From NCBI RefSeq assembly GCF_009914755.1, contig NC_060935.1: DNA of 64,000 bases. One strand, written 5' to 3'. The notes under the pieces were generated by a model. That model saw only the letters and a program-made list of their open reading frames with translations. It made no database searches and was not told the DNA's origin. Below are positions 13,465 through 25,503 of this stretch, piece by piece (the stretch's first letter is position 1; every line of letters begins with the position of its first letter). The position numbers were made by a program, and so were the translations under genes. Source of the stretch: the human T2T-CHM13v2.0 reference genome, Homo sapiens.

Positions 13465-13735
13465 GGCCGAGTGCAGTGGCTCACACCTGTAATCCCAGCA
13501 CTTTGGGAGGCTAAAGTGGGAGGATTGCTTGAGGCCAGGAGTTCAAAATCAGCCTGGGCAACATAGCAAGTCCCCATCCCTCCAAAAAAAATTATCTGGG
13601 CATGGTGGCACATGCCATGCCTGTAGTCAGTCCTAGCTACTCAGGAAGCCAAAGCAGGAGGTTTCGAGACTACAGTGAACTATAATTGTCCCACTGTGCT
13701 CCAGCCTGGGTGACAAAGCAAGGCTCTGTCTCTAA
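13465..13735 (+). mobile_element. Alu SINE (AluJ)
   Basis: GGAGGATTGCTTGAGGCCAGGAGTTC and CCTGGGCAACATAGCAAG J-type features. TSD AATAAAT(G/A)ATTAA at 13452-13464 and 13965-13977. Confidence 0.95.
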
Positions 13736-13799
13736 ACAGATAGACTGATAGATGATAGATGATAGATAGATAGATAGATAGAAGAGTGAGAAAGAATAA

Positions 13800-13847
<48 letters not shown>

Positions 13848-13864
13848 GAAAAAGAAAGAAAGGA

Positions 13865-13912
<48 letters not shown>

Positions 13913-13960
13913 AAAGAAAGAAAGAGAAAGAAAGAGAAAGAAAAGAAAAGAAAAGAAAGT
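13736..13960 (+). repeat. Compound microsatellite (AGAT)n-(AAAG)n-(AAAAG)n
   Basis: Read directly from the sequence. It lies between the Alu body and its 3' TSD. Confidence 0.98.
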
Positions 13961-14469
13961 TACAAATAAATAATTAAAATGATGAAAGTATGGATCTGGG
14001 CCGGATAGGAAGAATCTCATAGCTTGGGAAAAGATGGAGGACTTAAGTACTGCTAGTTTTAATGAGGTCTCCGAACGTATATTGCACAAATAAGGTTTAT
14101 AACAAGTCCATGAAATGTCCTTGAAATGAGCGGATGAAATGGAGTGAGAAGGAAGGTCATTGGAATGGAGAGGGTCAAGGAACTTTAACAATGGGATACT
14201 TTATGGCCATCATGTGGACACTGATGTCCTCAAGATGCTAGAAGCTCTTGGAGCTACAGAGAAAGACTGTGATCCTGGTGTCAACACTGTGTCTACCTCC
14301 TCTGCTCCTGGGAGCTCCTCCTCTGCTCCTAGAGCAAATTGTACAATTAAGTTGATTGGAATTATGAAAATCCATGATCTTGAACCTCATTTCTTCAGAC
14401 CTACTAAGGAAGTCTCATATGATTTCCAGTTTCCTTCACAACCATTTCCAGCCTTCACAATTCACAAGC

Positions 14470-15495
14470 TGTATCAGCTTCCTCCTCATTCTCAGCAGAT
14501 TTACTCACCTTCTGCCTTACAGACCAAAGTGAGGCCCACCAAAGCAAACATCTCAACTTCTTTCTCCACCTAAAAACTTGCCTGGCATCTACACTACTCC
14601 TCTTTGTGTCTCACTTTCCTAAGCTACCATTAAAATATGGGATAATAATTATATACATCTAACAATGTTATGGGGGAGGTTAAATAACATGTATAATCCT
14701 TAGGCAGGTATAGCACATAGAGATCAATGCTTATTAATTATCATTATTGCTATTACTCTGGTTGTTGTTGAAACCCATCCTCAACCCCTATCTTCACAGT
14801 CCCATCCCAGGCTGCCTCATTTATCTCCTCATTCTCCTGTATTTTCTGCATTTTCCTCTCTAGTAGTTGTTTTCTTCCTCTCAGCATATAAGATCAATTA
14901 TTTCACATCTGTAAAAAAGCTTCTTTCTCTGCTTTTATTCCTCTTCCAAGTCACTGCCCTGCATTTTTCCTTTGCTTCACATTGAGTTCCCGGAAATCTA
15001 CTCAGAGCCTGCTGTGTACCCTGGTGTGGAGGCACATGCCTGTAGTTCTTGCTACTCAGGAGGCTGAGGCAGGAGAATCACTTGAGCTCAGGAGTTTGAG
15101 GCTGCAGTGAGCTATGACTGTGCCACTGCACTCCAGCCTGGGTGACAGAACTTAAACAAACAGACAAGCAAACAAACAAAAAACTCAAAGAATCTGCTGT
15201 GTCCACTTCCTTCTCTTGATGTGAAAATACGAACCCACCACATTTTGTCCTCTACCCTGCAGAAACTGCTTTTCAAAAGTTGCTTATAATGTACAAGATG
15301 TTAAATCTAATGAATGTTTTTTGGGTTTTATGTTATTTTAATCTTCAGTAATAGTGACACTGTCAAGAGTTCCATTCCTCCCTCCCCTTCTCCCTTTCTC
15401 CTTCAGTGCTTTTATTCTTTTATAACATTAGATCCCCCAGCTTAGTGTGTTATTTAGTACACTGTTAGTCCTCAATAAGTATTTGTGGAATAAAA
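14470..15495 (+). mobile_element. Fragmented L2 with an embedded MIR piece (about 14610-14755)
   Basis: Pyrimidine-rich L2 motifs (AAACTGCTTTTCAAAAGTT, CTTCAGTAATAGTGACACTGT), ending CTCAATAAGTATTTGTGGAAT. Confidence 0.5.
15018..15188 (+). mobile_element. Alu right monomer (FRAM / truncated AluJ)
   Basis: Single right arm with (AAAC)n tail. TSD AGAGCCTGCTGTGT (15004-15017) / AGAATCTGCTGTGT (15189-15202). Confidence 0.9.
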
Positions 15496-16509
15496 ATATA
15501 TTTGATAAGAATAATATATTACACAACAATACATGTTCTTTGGAGAGTAGGTATATTTTAGTGTCTAAGGATTAGTGTGTCTGAGCTATGGACATACTTA
15601 GGGTAGGAAGCTGACTGTATTAGTGTAGAAATTAGGCCATCCCCTGAACTGTCTTTTCTTAATGGGATAAAAACCCAATCAGCAAGTACCTAAAAGATAA
15701 TATTTAAAATTATCCAGGTCTTATTTTTGCTATGTTTAGTAGAAAGAGATGAATTATAACAGAACAAGCTCATTTACTGTAAAATTGGTCTTACCATCTT
15801 GTTTTATTTTTTACTAGCTCATAAAATCAAAGTGTTGAAAAACAATTTCCCGGCTGATTCATAGTTAACAAATACTTGGTGAAATTTCAGTGTATCCTTT
15901 TATAAATCTGATACCTTAAATGCAAAACAAAAGGTCATTTCATGTTTCCCAGCTGGCAGTGGACTGTAGTAACATATACCTGTTTAGGATAACTCAAATT
16001 CCTGATTAGCATGTGTGGAACTTGCAATTGTAGTACAACAAATATCTCATTGAAAATGCTCTGTGCTGCTTTTCTGATCACAGTCTTTGTATATACAAGT
16101 ACAGCCGAGTCAGATGCAACAACGCAGACAGCCAGTCAGCTTCTCTATGGCTTGTTACTGTTGCCCTACAAACAGTAGAATAATTATTTCTGGACCCACT
16201 CTATTCATGAGATGATAAATGAACTTAACACATCTGTTGCACTTACTAATCCATTCATGGATTTATTCTCTCATTCGTGTTTTCACATATGCTTTGAATG
16301 GACTAGGCTGAATCATTTCTGTAGTCACACAGACTTAGTCCTAGTGAATCCTAGTTACAGAATCCCCAATAACATCTACATGGCAGCAAAGCTATACCAT
16401 GGAGAAACTGATTCCTTTATATCTGAACTTTCTATTCCAGATGAGACAGTTCTAATTCAGGTCTTTATTGCCCCTCACCTAGACTAGGATAATCATGTTC
16501 TAACCAATA

Positions 16510-16927
16510 TCTCAGATTGACTTCTCTGGAAAAGAGACTGAGATGTAGTTTAAGGTGCCAAATACTGATTAAAGTGTACCCTTGGAATCAACACCTGTGG
16601 AAGGGAGAGGAAGGAACCTGGAGTACATAGAGATAAAAGTCAGGTCTAAGGTCAGCCCAACCCCACCACCCCCCCCCCCAGGAGAAGCTCAGAAGCTAGA
16701 TGGACACTACAGGGTTGCCCGATTTGGGCCAGTATGTCCAGGCCTTTATACTTAAACATACATCAGTGACCGGAGGTGAGCCACTAATCCAAGGGGTCTG
16801 CCATTGGCTGAGAGAACTCTCTGTAGGTGAGGCAATCCACAGCAAGTCTGACAACAGAAGGCTGTCTATGATCAACACTCCCAGGAGCACTGCCCCACTT
16901 GGGGAGCACATCCCTCTGTTCATGACA
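16510..16927 (-). mobile_element. ERVL LTR (LTR16B-like)
   Basis: ATCAACACCTGTGGAAGGGAGAGG...GTTGCCCGATTTGGGCCAG...CAGGCCTTTATAC. Confidence 0.65.
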
Positions 16928-18694
16928 GCTAGCCTTCCTCTTTTCACCTCTCCCTATTGTAATTTAGCACATACATTATTCCCATATTAATCTTCCAACA
17001 ACCCAGGTTTGGTAATGAAACTCCATTGCTCAATAACCTTCACACGCTTCCATCATACACACCACATTTAGCTAACTCTCCATTATTTCACCCAAGCCAC
17101 CTCTCTAGGTTTTATCCACAGTACTCACTTACGCATCTTCCATTTAGCAAAACCACTATTCCCTAAGACAGTTCAGGGTACTATTGTTGCCAGATGAATG
17201 GTGTGTATGTCAGAGTAGTGGTGGACAAGTAGGGAAGTCATTTTTGTGAAAGATTTTTGTTCATGCCCCATCCTTGACTTGAACCTTTACTTCGAACGTT
17301 TCTTCTCTAAATGTCCCTACCCCCAACTTCTAACTTTAAAAAATTCTGTTGTTCTTCAGAGCCCAACTCATGCGATTTCTTCCATGTAATTCCTCAGGTA
17401 GGGGATGTCCAGATGCTATTTATGAACCAGGATATTTAATATTAAATTGTACAGGTTTTGGCATGCTACAATGTATCTCTCCCTTTCCCTCCAAACTACA
17501 GACTGCCTTCTGTGGGTGATGCTTCAGAGACATCACACACAGACAAGAGACTATGATAAATGTCTTAAAGATCTCAGAGACAAGACGACAGAATGGCCAT
17601 GGTGGGGAAAGTCCTGAATAAGACCAAGGGTTCCTAGAAATATGAAACTGGAGTGGGATAGAACTATTAAAATTTAAATCTTTGCCAAATTGCTGACACT
17701 GTACAAGGCATTCTACTCCTCCAATACATGGAATAGGGCCCTGTAACAATTTAAATTTTAATTATTAAACTAATGAGTGACTCCATGAATTCAGACCTGG
17801 GAAGTTCTTACACTAGTTGGGTTTATAGTTGGGTTTCATGTATAAGATGAGGAGGACGGATTAGAGTTTTCAAAGGGTCCTTCATGTGCTACAACTTGGC
17901 AACCTAGGTCACACTTTTTATTTGTATGCTCACTTTGTTTATGTGTTCATGTTTATGAGCATTTTGTGGGCATAGGCTGTACTTAGTTCATCTTCCTAGG
18001 TTGACAGACAGTGTCTTACACATAGCAGATATGCAGTAAATGCTAATCAAAGGAATCTTCCTCCTAAGTCACTTCACCATGAGGAAAATTCGTCTATGTG
18101 TGCTGTTTCAGGTGACAGATTTAATTAGAGAAATAAAATGTTTTCAATGAAGGAGATTTAGAGATATCTTGGTATATGCCCTTTCAACCTCTCATCATCT
18201 TGACAGCTGTCAACTAATGGGGCAAAACATTACAGTGGAGAGTTATATACTCAAATGTAGTAAAATCCCCAGAGCCTGGGATGAGTTTTATTATGTTTTA
18301 TTGGAGTAGTAGTGGTAGAAAAAGTTATAATTAAATGACATAATGAATGTAAAGCAATTATTCCAATGTACATTAAGCATTTGATAAGTGCCAGCTATTT
18401 TTGACTATTTTTATAATATTTGTGTCCAGAGGTCCTTAACTGACATAGTTCATTGCATGCACTGTTCCTTCCAGGAGGAGGCCTAGCAAGTTTCCATACT
18501 AATGGTAATCCCAGGAATTTCTAGGTAATAGCAAGATTATGCCCCACACCTAATCTGTGCAACTCCTGAGATAAGTTCACGAATTTAAGCATGAAAATCT
18601 CATGAGTTTAATCTTGATGGCTAGCTGGAAAAGTTAGCATATGTGTCCTCAGAGATGGTCACATATTCAAGCCTCATTTATTTATGTCAAACAG

Positions 18695-19176
18695 GGGTAT
18701 CCATCAAGGTCTTGAGAGATGTCATACTAAAAGAAGAAAGCAAAGAGAATTTTGGGAAGAGATCATTTTGAAAAGCTGTAGGCAAGTTGTAGGAACACAC
18801 AGGAAGGATTAAGAATTCTAGGACAAGAAATGGCTAGAAACTTTTGCACTCCTTTGGTCTAATGGGGTAAGAGAAGGTAGTTAATAACAGAACTCAGCAA
18901 AAATTACAGTTGTGGGACAGGAGTTACCCATTAATAACGACAACCTTAGAGAGAGGGTGCAACCACTGCAGAATCTCAAAAGCAAACATCTCCATCTTTC
19001 TGTACTCCCACTCACCAATATCCAGCCAATAAGAGTCACCTGCAAAATCCACCCACAAACTAGAGAGTGAGGGAATGTGAGTGATGAAGTTAAAGAGGTC
19101 AGCCTCCTAAGGCACACAGCCCACTGGAAAAGGTGGAGTGTGAACTTGGAGAAGGAAACAGAAATTTCCAGAACAT
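18695..19176 (-). mobile_element. ERVL LTR33
   Basis: AGAGGTCAGCCTCCTAAGGCACACAG...GGTGGAGTGTGAACTTGGAG...ATTTCCAGAACA, the reverse of the LTR33 5' end. Confidence 0.65.
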
Positions 19177-20208
19177 TCAGTGACTCTGTATATATTATCT
19201 GTGAAGATGTGAACATACGAAGGACATAAGCAAGACAGATCAACAATGCCAGTGAAAGGCACCAGTGGAAAATACAACAGGAAGTCATTGCCTTGAATGA
19301 TAGAGTATGGCTGAGTGGATCGTGAAAAAAGTGATAGAGAAAAAAGTTGGGCAAATAACACCATGAGCACATAAAGGAGGACGCATGTGAAAAAGATGGG
19401 GAATAAAATGGGGATAATATTTAATAACATAGGTCATAACATAAGCTTAATTCAGTCAGTTGAAAGGCCTGTCAATCTGTAGATGTCATTGTTAAAACTA
19501 GAATCAAATAATAATACAGCAAAAATGTCACCTTTACTGTACGATCTTCACTCCCTATGAGAAATGCTCAAGAGCTTGAATTATGGTGTGTTTCTGGGAA
19601 TTGGAAGAATGGGGTGAATATGAGAGATACAGGGAGAAGAAAAATCACAGAATTTGAAAACCATGAAGAACGTAAAACATACAAAGCATGGCTAATAAAT
19701 ATGTTCCATTTTTGCTGCTATCTGAGATAAGCATTGTATAACTTATTTAGGATGTTAAGCTGTCTCATGAAACCAGCAGGGAAAGTCATCTTGTTGTTAA
19801 TTATAGGCTCATAACTGCTGTCCAGAGTATAATATCATCTGTTTTGCAATAGTCTGACATTAGGGAAATTTCTGTTATTTGTAAAATTAAAATCATGGCT
19901 TTCTTCTTTCTTAAGTTAAACTTCTGGCTGGAAATTCTGAATAGCAATTTATATTAGTTCTTTAGCATATATAATATTTTAAAATAATAGGCAATATTAA
20001 TAAGTCAAATAAAGAGAGATAAATGTAGTTCTGAAGGAAAAATGTATTACAACCTTCTTTGAACATTTATTTTTGTATAGTAAATAATTTCCCTGTTTTT
20101 TCATTCTACATATATTTTCTATTTTTGCTTAGTATAATTGTTAATGAACTATAATTTAAATGTAGGAAAATGCACAAATCTTAATTGTATAGCCAATACA
20201 TATAAATT

Positions 20209-21075
20209 TGTATTAGTCAGCATTCTCTAGAGGGACACAACTAATAGGATATATATATTATATATATATAGTATATATATATAATATATATATAATATAT
20301 ATACTTTGTGATTGTGTGAGTTAATACTCCTTAATAAACTCCCCTTTATATATATGATGTCATTATATATATTTTATATATAATATATAAATTATATATA
20401 AATATATAATATTTTATATATAAATTATATATAATATATAATATTTTATATATAAATTATATATAATATATAATATTTTATATATAAATTATATATAATA
20501 TATAATATTTTATATACCTAAGGTCATCATTACATATATAAAATATATATATATAAAATATATTTATATTATATAAAATACATATAATGACAACCTTAGA
20601 GGTCTACATATATACATATATATATATATATATGTATATATAATTATGACTTTAGAGAGAGGCTGCTATATATATTTATATACAAAGGGGGGCTTATTAA
20701 GAAGTATTAACTCACACAATCACAAAGTCCCACAATAGGCCATCTGCAAGCTGAGGATCAAGAAAGCCAGTCCAAGTCCCAAAGCTGAAGAACTTGGAGT
20801 CCAATGTTCGAGGGCAGGAAGCATTCAGCAAGGGAGAAAGATGTAGGCTGGGAGGCTAAGCCGGTCTAGTCTCTCCACGATCTTCTGCCTGCTTTATATT
20901 CTGTCCAGGCTGGCAGCTGATTAGATGGTGCCCACAAAGATTAAGGGTGGGTCTGCCTCTCCCACTCCCCTGACTCAAATGTTAATCTCTTTAGGCAACA
21001 CCCTCACAGACATCCAAGATCAATACTTTGTATCCTTCAATCCAGTCAAGTTGACACCCAGTACTAACCATCACA
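20209..21075 (-). mobile_element. MLT2A1 (HERV-L) solo LTR with expanded internal TA tract
   Basis: TGTATTAGTCAG..TTCTCTAGAGGGACA..ACTAATAGGATA and GTCCCAAAGCTGAAGAACTTGGAGTCC, ending TAACCATCACA. Confidence 0.92.
20250..20682. repeat. AT-rich complex tract including a 32-bp minisatellite (20411-20516)
   Basis: Unit ATTTTATATATAAATTATATATAATATATAAT starts at 20411, 20443, 20475 and partly at 20507. (TA)n runs with embedded non-TA pieces. Confidence 0.95.
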
Positions 21076-21243
21076 ACATCCATGTAACTACCACCCCATT
21101 AAAAATAAAAATAAAAAATATTTCCGTTACTTACTTGTGCACCTTCTCAGTCAATAAATAAGGGGTAAAGAATCACTTATTTCCATATTTCTTAACTGAT
21201 CAGTTTTTTCTGCTGTTGACCTTCATATAAAAGGAATCACATA

Positions 21244-21533
21244 GGCCAGGTGCAGTGGCTCACACCAGCAACCCAGCACTTTGGGAGGCTGAGGCGGGTG
21301 GATCACGAGGTCAGGAGTTCAAGACCAGCTTGGCCAAAATGGTGAAAACCTGTCTCTACTAAAAATACAAAAAATTAGTTGGCATGATGGTGCATGCCTG
21401 TAGTCCCAGCTACTCGGGAGACTGAGGCAGAAGATCGCTTGAACCCAGGAGGCAGAGGTTGCAGTGAGCCAAGATCGTGCCACTGCACTTCAGCCTGGGC
21501 CACAGAGCGAGATTCTGTCTAAAAATAAACAAA

Positions 21534-21560
<27 letters not shown>
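21244..21560 (+). mobile_element. Alu SINE (AluSg-like)
   Basis: Full length with (TAAA)n tail. Perfect 17-bp TSD ATAAAAGGAATCACATA at 21227-21243 and 21561-21577. Confidence 0.97.
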
Positions 21561-21564
<4 letters not shown>

Positions 21565-22494
21565 AAGGAATCACATACTATTACTCTTCTGGCTTCTGTC
21601 ACTCCACATGCTTTGAGATTCTTTCATATTGTTGCTTGTATCAGTTTGTAATGCACTCACATCACTATCCATTATCCTGATGATGAACATTTAGTGTTGT
21701 TTTCAGTTTATGGGCTTTTATTGAAAAAAAGTTTCTGTTTGCTCAAAATTCTAGAAAACACACTTGTGTTTTCAGTCATTTAAATATCAGTCATTTAGGG
21801 TGGATGTAGGCTGGTATATTATTGTGTTTTTAATTTGTATATCCTTGATGGCTAATAATGTTGAATATCTTTTTATATGTTTATCAGTTGTTTGGATATT
21901 TTATTTTATGAAGTACTTTTAAAGTACTTTTATTTATGTTTATAAAATAGGATTGTTTTTATTTTTCTTTATATGTTCTGGATATGACACCCTTGACAGA
22001 TATATGTATTATAAACATTTTCTTCCAGCCTGTGGCTTGCATTTTCACATTCTTAATGGTATTTTGATGAGCAGAAAATTTTAATTTTGATAATGTTTGA
22101 TTTATTATTTTTATCTTATAGCAAGTGTTTTTGGCTTCCTATTTAAAACATCTTTGTATCCCCAGGTCTTAAAGCTATTCTCTTATGTTTTCTGCTAGAA
22201 GCTTCACAGTTCTAGCTTTCACATTTAAGTCTATGATTCATCTCATGTTAATTGCTATGTATGGTACAAATTAGGGGTAAAGAATCACTTATTTCTATAT
22301 GAATGTTCAGTTTCTTCAGGACTACTAATTGATAAAACATTTAGTTTGCTTTTAATTACATGGAGAGCTCTTCAAAAATCAATTGTCTACATTTGAGTGT
22401 TCTATTTCTCGTGTCTCTATTCTGTTCCATTTATTTATTTATTTATTCTTGTATGACCATCATGCCATCTTAATTATTGTATCTTTATTGTAAT

Positions 22495-23360
22495 TTTATT
22501 CAATAAATATTTATTAAATACTTAATATCTGGAACAAGAAGCAAATATGGTCCACTGGACCCCTAAAGAAGCAGAGCAAATGAAACCGGGGAGACACGAC
22601 CTATGATCTGTGTTGAGATACCCCTACAATCCATACTATATAGGAAATATATTGGAAGTGCCACAAATATATAGGAAGCACCTGTCCCAGGTTCTTCTCT
22701 AAACTCTGTGAATATAGAAGTGAATAGCAGAGACAAAGTTGCTGCCTTCTTGGGATGCAAGTGGCAGCATGCAGGCATACCTTCTGTAAAGTAAATGAAT
22801 AACATAATTTTAGATAATGATAAGGTTCTGTGCTTGAGAGTAATGGAGGAGGAATTTTAAATGGAGTGGTCCAGGAAGAAAGCATAGAGCCACACCAGGC
22901 TGTGCACTGCCGAATTCCAGTGCCGTTTCCATAGTCCCTAATACGGATAATGTCCCCTCAACTGTGCTACACAGCAGCCCTAAGGGTTCGGGGAAGGGCC
23001 TCTTTGAAGAGATGACATTTGAGTGGAGTCCTGGTTAATTAAAAAGTTATCATCCATATAACCCTCTGAGGTAGAAGTGTTCAGGCAAAAGGAACCAAAA
23101 ATCCCAAGGCAGGTAGGAGTTTGGTGAGTTTGTGAACAGGAAGAAGACCTTGGTGGCTGGTGTAGCAAAACGTGAAGATTGTGTTAGATGAGATTGGATG
23201 GCAAGCAGAAGCCAAACCATGTGAGGCCTTGCAAGTTATGGTAAGCAGTTTGGCTTTTACTCTAAGTGTTCTGAAAAACTTCCAGGGGTCCTACTTAGAA
23301 AAGTGATCTGAAGTGATCTGTGAATTGAAAAGATCACTTTGGCTATTCTCTGTAGAAAAA
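22495..23360 (-). mobile_element. L2 (L2a-like) 3' region, interrupted
   Basis: ATTCAATAAATATTTATTAAATAC, GGAAGGGCCTCTTTGAAGAGATGACATTTGAG, GTTTGGCTTTTACTCTAAGTG. Confidence 0.75.
22885..22982. mobile_element. MER91-like hAT-Tip100 MITE
   Basis: TAGAGCC...AGCCCTA termini with GCTGTGCACTGC..AATTCCAG / CAACTGTGC quasi-palindromic arms, interrupting L2. Confidence 0.55.
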
Positions 23361-23572
23361 GGCAGGCTGGTAGGGATTTCTGCTTTTGTCTATGGAGGAT
23401 TATCTTGTATTAGACTTACCTTAAAAATAAGAACAACTCCACTTTAACAGCGATGAACTACTCTTAGCTGTTATTTATACCAAACCATCCCTATGGGATA
23501 CCACACACTACCATGATCAATAGTCACCTTGGGATAAATCCCTCCAGGAGAATATATCAAAATGCACCTAAG

Positions 23573-25503
23573 GAGGAGACATCATCACTATGGTTGATGC
23601 ACCCAGCACTATCCTCCTCCATAACAAAGACCAAAGTAGCAAGGAGATAACTGCACATCAAGTAGATGTTCTAGAGGGGAATGCTAGAATCCAGCAGGAA
23701 GTGAGAGGTACCCTATGAGGAACAGAAGCTTGAGATGGCAGCATAGAGAGGGAAGCAAGGCAGCTGGCCAGATTGGCTCAGAGCCCGGAGGGACTCCCCA
23801 TTGAGGGGAAAAGGTAAGAGGTCCTCAGCAGTCTACATTTCCACTGCAGACTCTGACAGTTCTAACTGCAGGAAAGCCCCTCAGCCCTCATAGTCCTTGA
23901 GCCTAGTATAAGGGGCTGCCTGGAGTCCACATGATGGTATTATTCCAGAGAAGGAATTTTATATTGGGTTCTACCCCTGGTACCATTTTGAGTATGGAGC
24001 TGACACCAAGCTACAACCTGCCTAGGGGTCCAGTAGCCCCTGCATTTCCACATCCCTGGAGCCCCACCAACATCCCCCCACATCTACCCAAAGGGTTACA
24101 GCATTGTGGTACCAGTTGGACCCAGAGGTATGATCACATCGCCAGCACCTGAGCCAGCAAAGTGCCTGTACCCCAGGGAATATATAGTCCAGTACATCAG
24201 GGAGGCTGCCCTGGGACATAGGGAACTAAAGCAGGCACTCCCCAAAGCCTGAGATCCACCTATCTAAGGCTGTGGCTACCAACAGTGACCCCACTTGACT
24301 TCAAAGCCACGGCCCTTGCAGAATGACACAGCCCACTAGGAGTCTGGGGACTGGCCTGACATGGACATTTCCAGTGTCTGCACACCCTGCCTAGGGACTT
24401 GGGGACTAGGCCAGCTGACCCATCATCAACGCCACTGACACACAAAGGGCCCACCTAGGTGCCTGATGACTGACCCATTTTTGCTACTGCCAGTGCCCAA
24501 ATGCCCCACTCAGGGCCCAACACTACCACCACCAGTTACTGCATGACTCACCTGAGGCGCAAGGAATGGCCTGCCAAGGGCATATTTCTACCACATCTGG
24601 TGACTGCACAAACCACCTAGCTAGGTGCCTGAAGACCAGTCTGCCCAGCACCCGCATCCTCAGAAAAGCCTCCACAACCTACCACAGCCTAAGCCACTAA
24701 GGACACCACTGATACTTATTATAGCCAAAGTAATCATATGGAGACCACATTTTGTTGCCCACTCAAAATCAAAGCCCAAGAACCTTACCCAATTGACCTT
24801 ATAGATACATCTACAGGAAAAAGTCTTTCCCTGTGAATGCTACTCAATAAAAGTAAAAGAAGTGACAGTTACACCAGATATTAATATAAGGACACAGAAA
24901 CATGAAAGAGCAAGGAAACGTGACACCTCCAAAGGAACATAATAATTCTCCAGTAACTGACCCCAAAGAAAAGGAAATTTATTAAATAACTGAATAGGAA
25001 TTCAAAGTATTGCTTTTAAGGAAACTCAGTGCAATACAAAACAACACAGATAAACATTACAAAGAAATAAGGAAAATAATTCACAACCAGAATTTAAAAA
25101 TCAACAAACAGGTATCATAAAAAAGAACTGAACAAAATTCTGGAACTGAAGAATTCAAGTAGTAAAATCGAAAATACAATCAAGAGCATTAACAATAGAC
25201 TAGATTAAGCAGAAGAAAGAAGTTCTGAACTTGAAAACAGGTCTTTTAAAATAACCTACTCAGACAAAAAAAAAAAAAGGAAAAAGAATGACTATAGGTC
25301 CCTATAAGAGTGACTATAGTTATCTATAAATTTGTGTGTATTTTAAATAGCTAGAAGATTGGGAATGTTCTCAACACAAAGTAATGATAAATATTTTAGG
25401 TGATGAATATCCCAATTACCCTGATTTGATCATTACACATTATATGCATATATCAAAATATCACATGTACCCCATAAATACAAATAAATATTATGTATCA
25501 ATA
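23573..25503 (+). mobile_element. L1MA-type element with large internal deletion (5'UTR and ORF1 start joined to the 3' end)
   Basis: L1M 5'UTR and ORF1 N-terminal sequence (CCTCCAAAGGAACATAATAATTCTCCAG) up to about 25290, then the L1MA 3' terminus (CCCAATTACCCTGATTTGATCATTACAC). Degenerate TSD AAAATGCACCTAAG/AAAATGTACATAGG. Confidence 0.8.

Larger units (their letters stand above)
20140..22490 (-). mobile_element. Old L1M (L1ME/MC-type) 3' region, interrupted by MLT2A1 and an Alu
   Basis: AAAATGCACAAATCTTAA, CATGTAACTACCACCC, ATCCTTGATGGCTAATAATGTTGAATATCTTTT, TTTCACATTTAAGTCTATGAT. Confidence 0.8.

Noticed and set aside
13670-14191. 173-aa Phe/Leu/Ser-rich ORF and the opposite Lys/Glu/Arg-rich ORF
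   Set aside because: They are translations of the (AAAG)n microsatellite.
18881-19372. 163-aa hydrophobic ORF on the minus strand
   Set aside because: It overlaps LTR33 and purine-rich repeat debris, with no recognisable domain.
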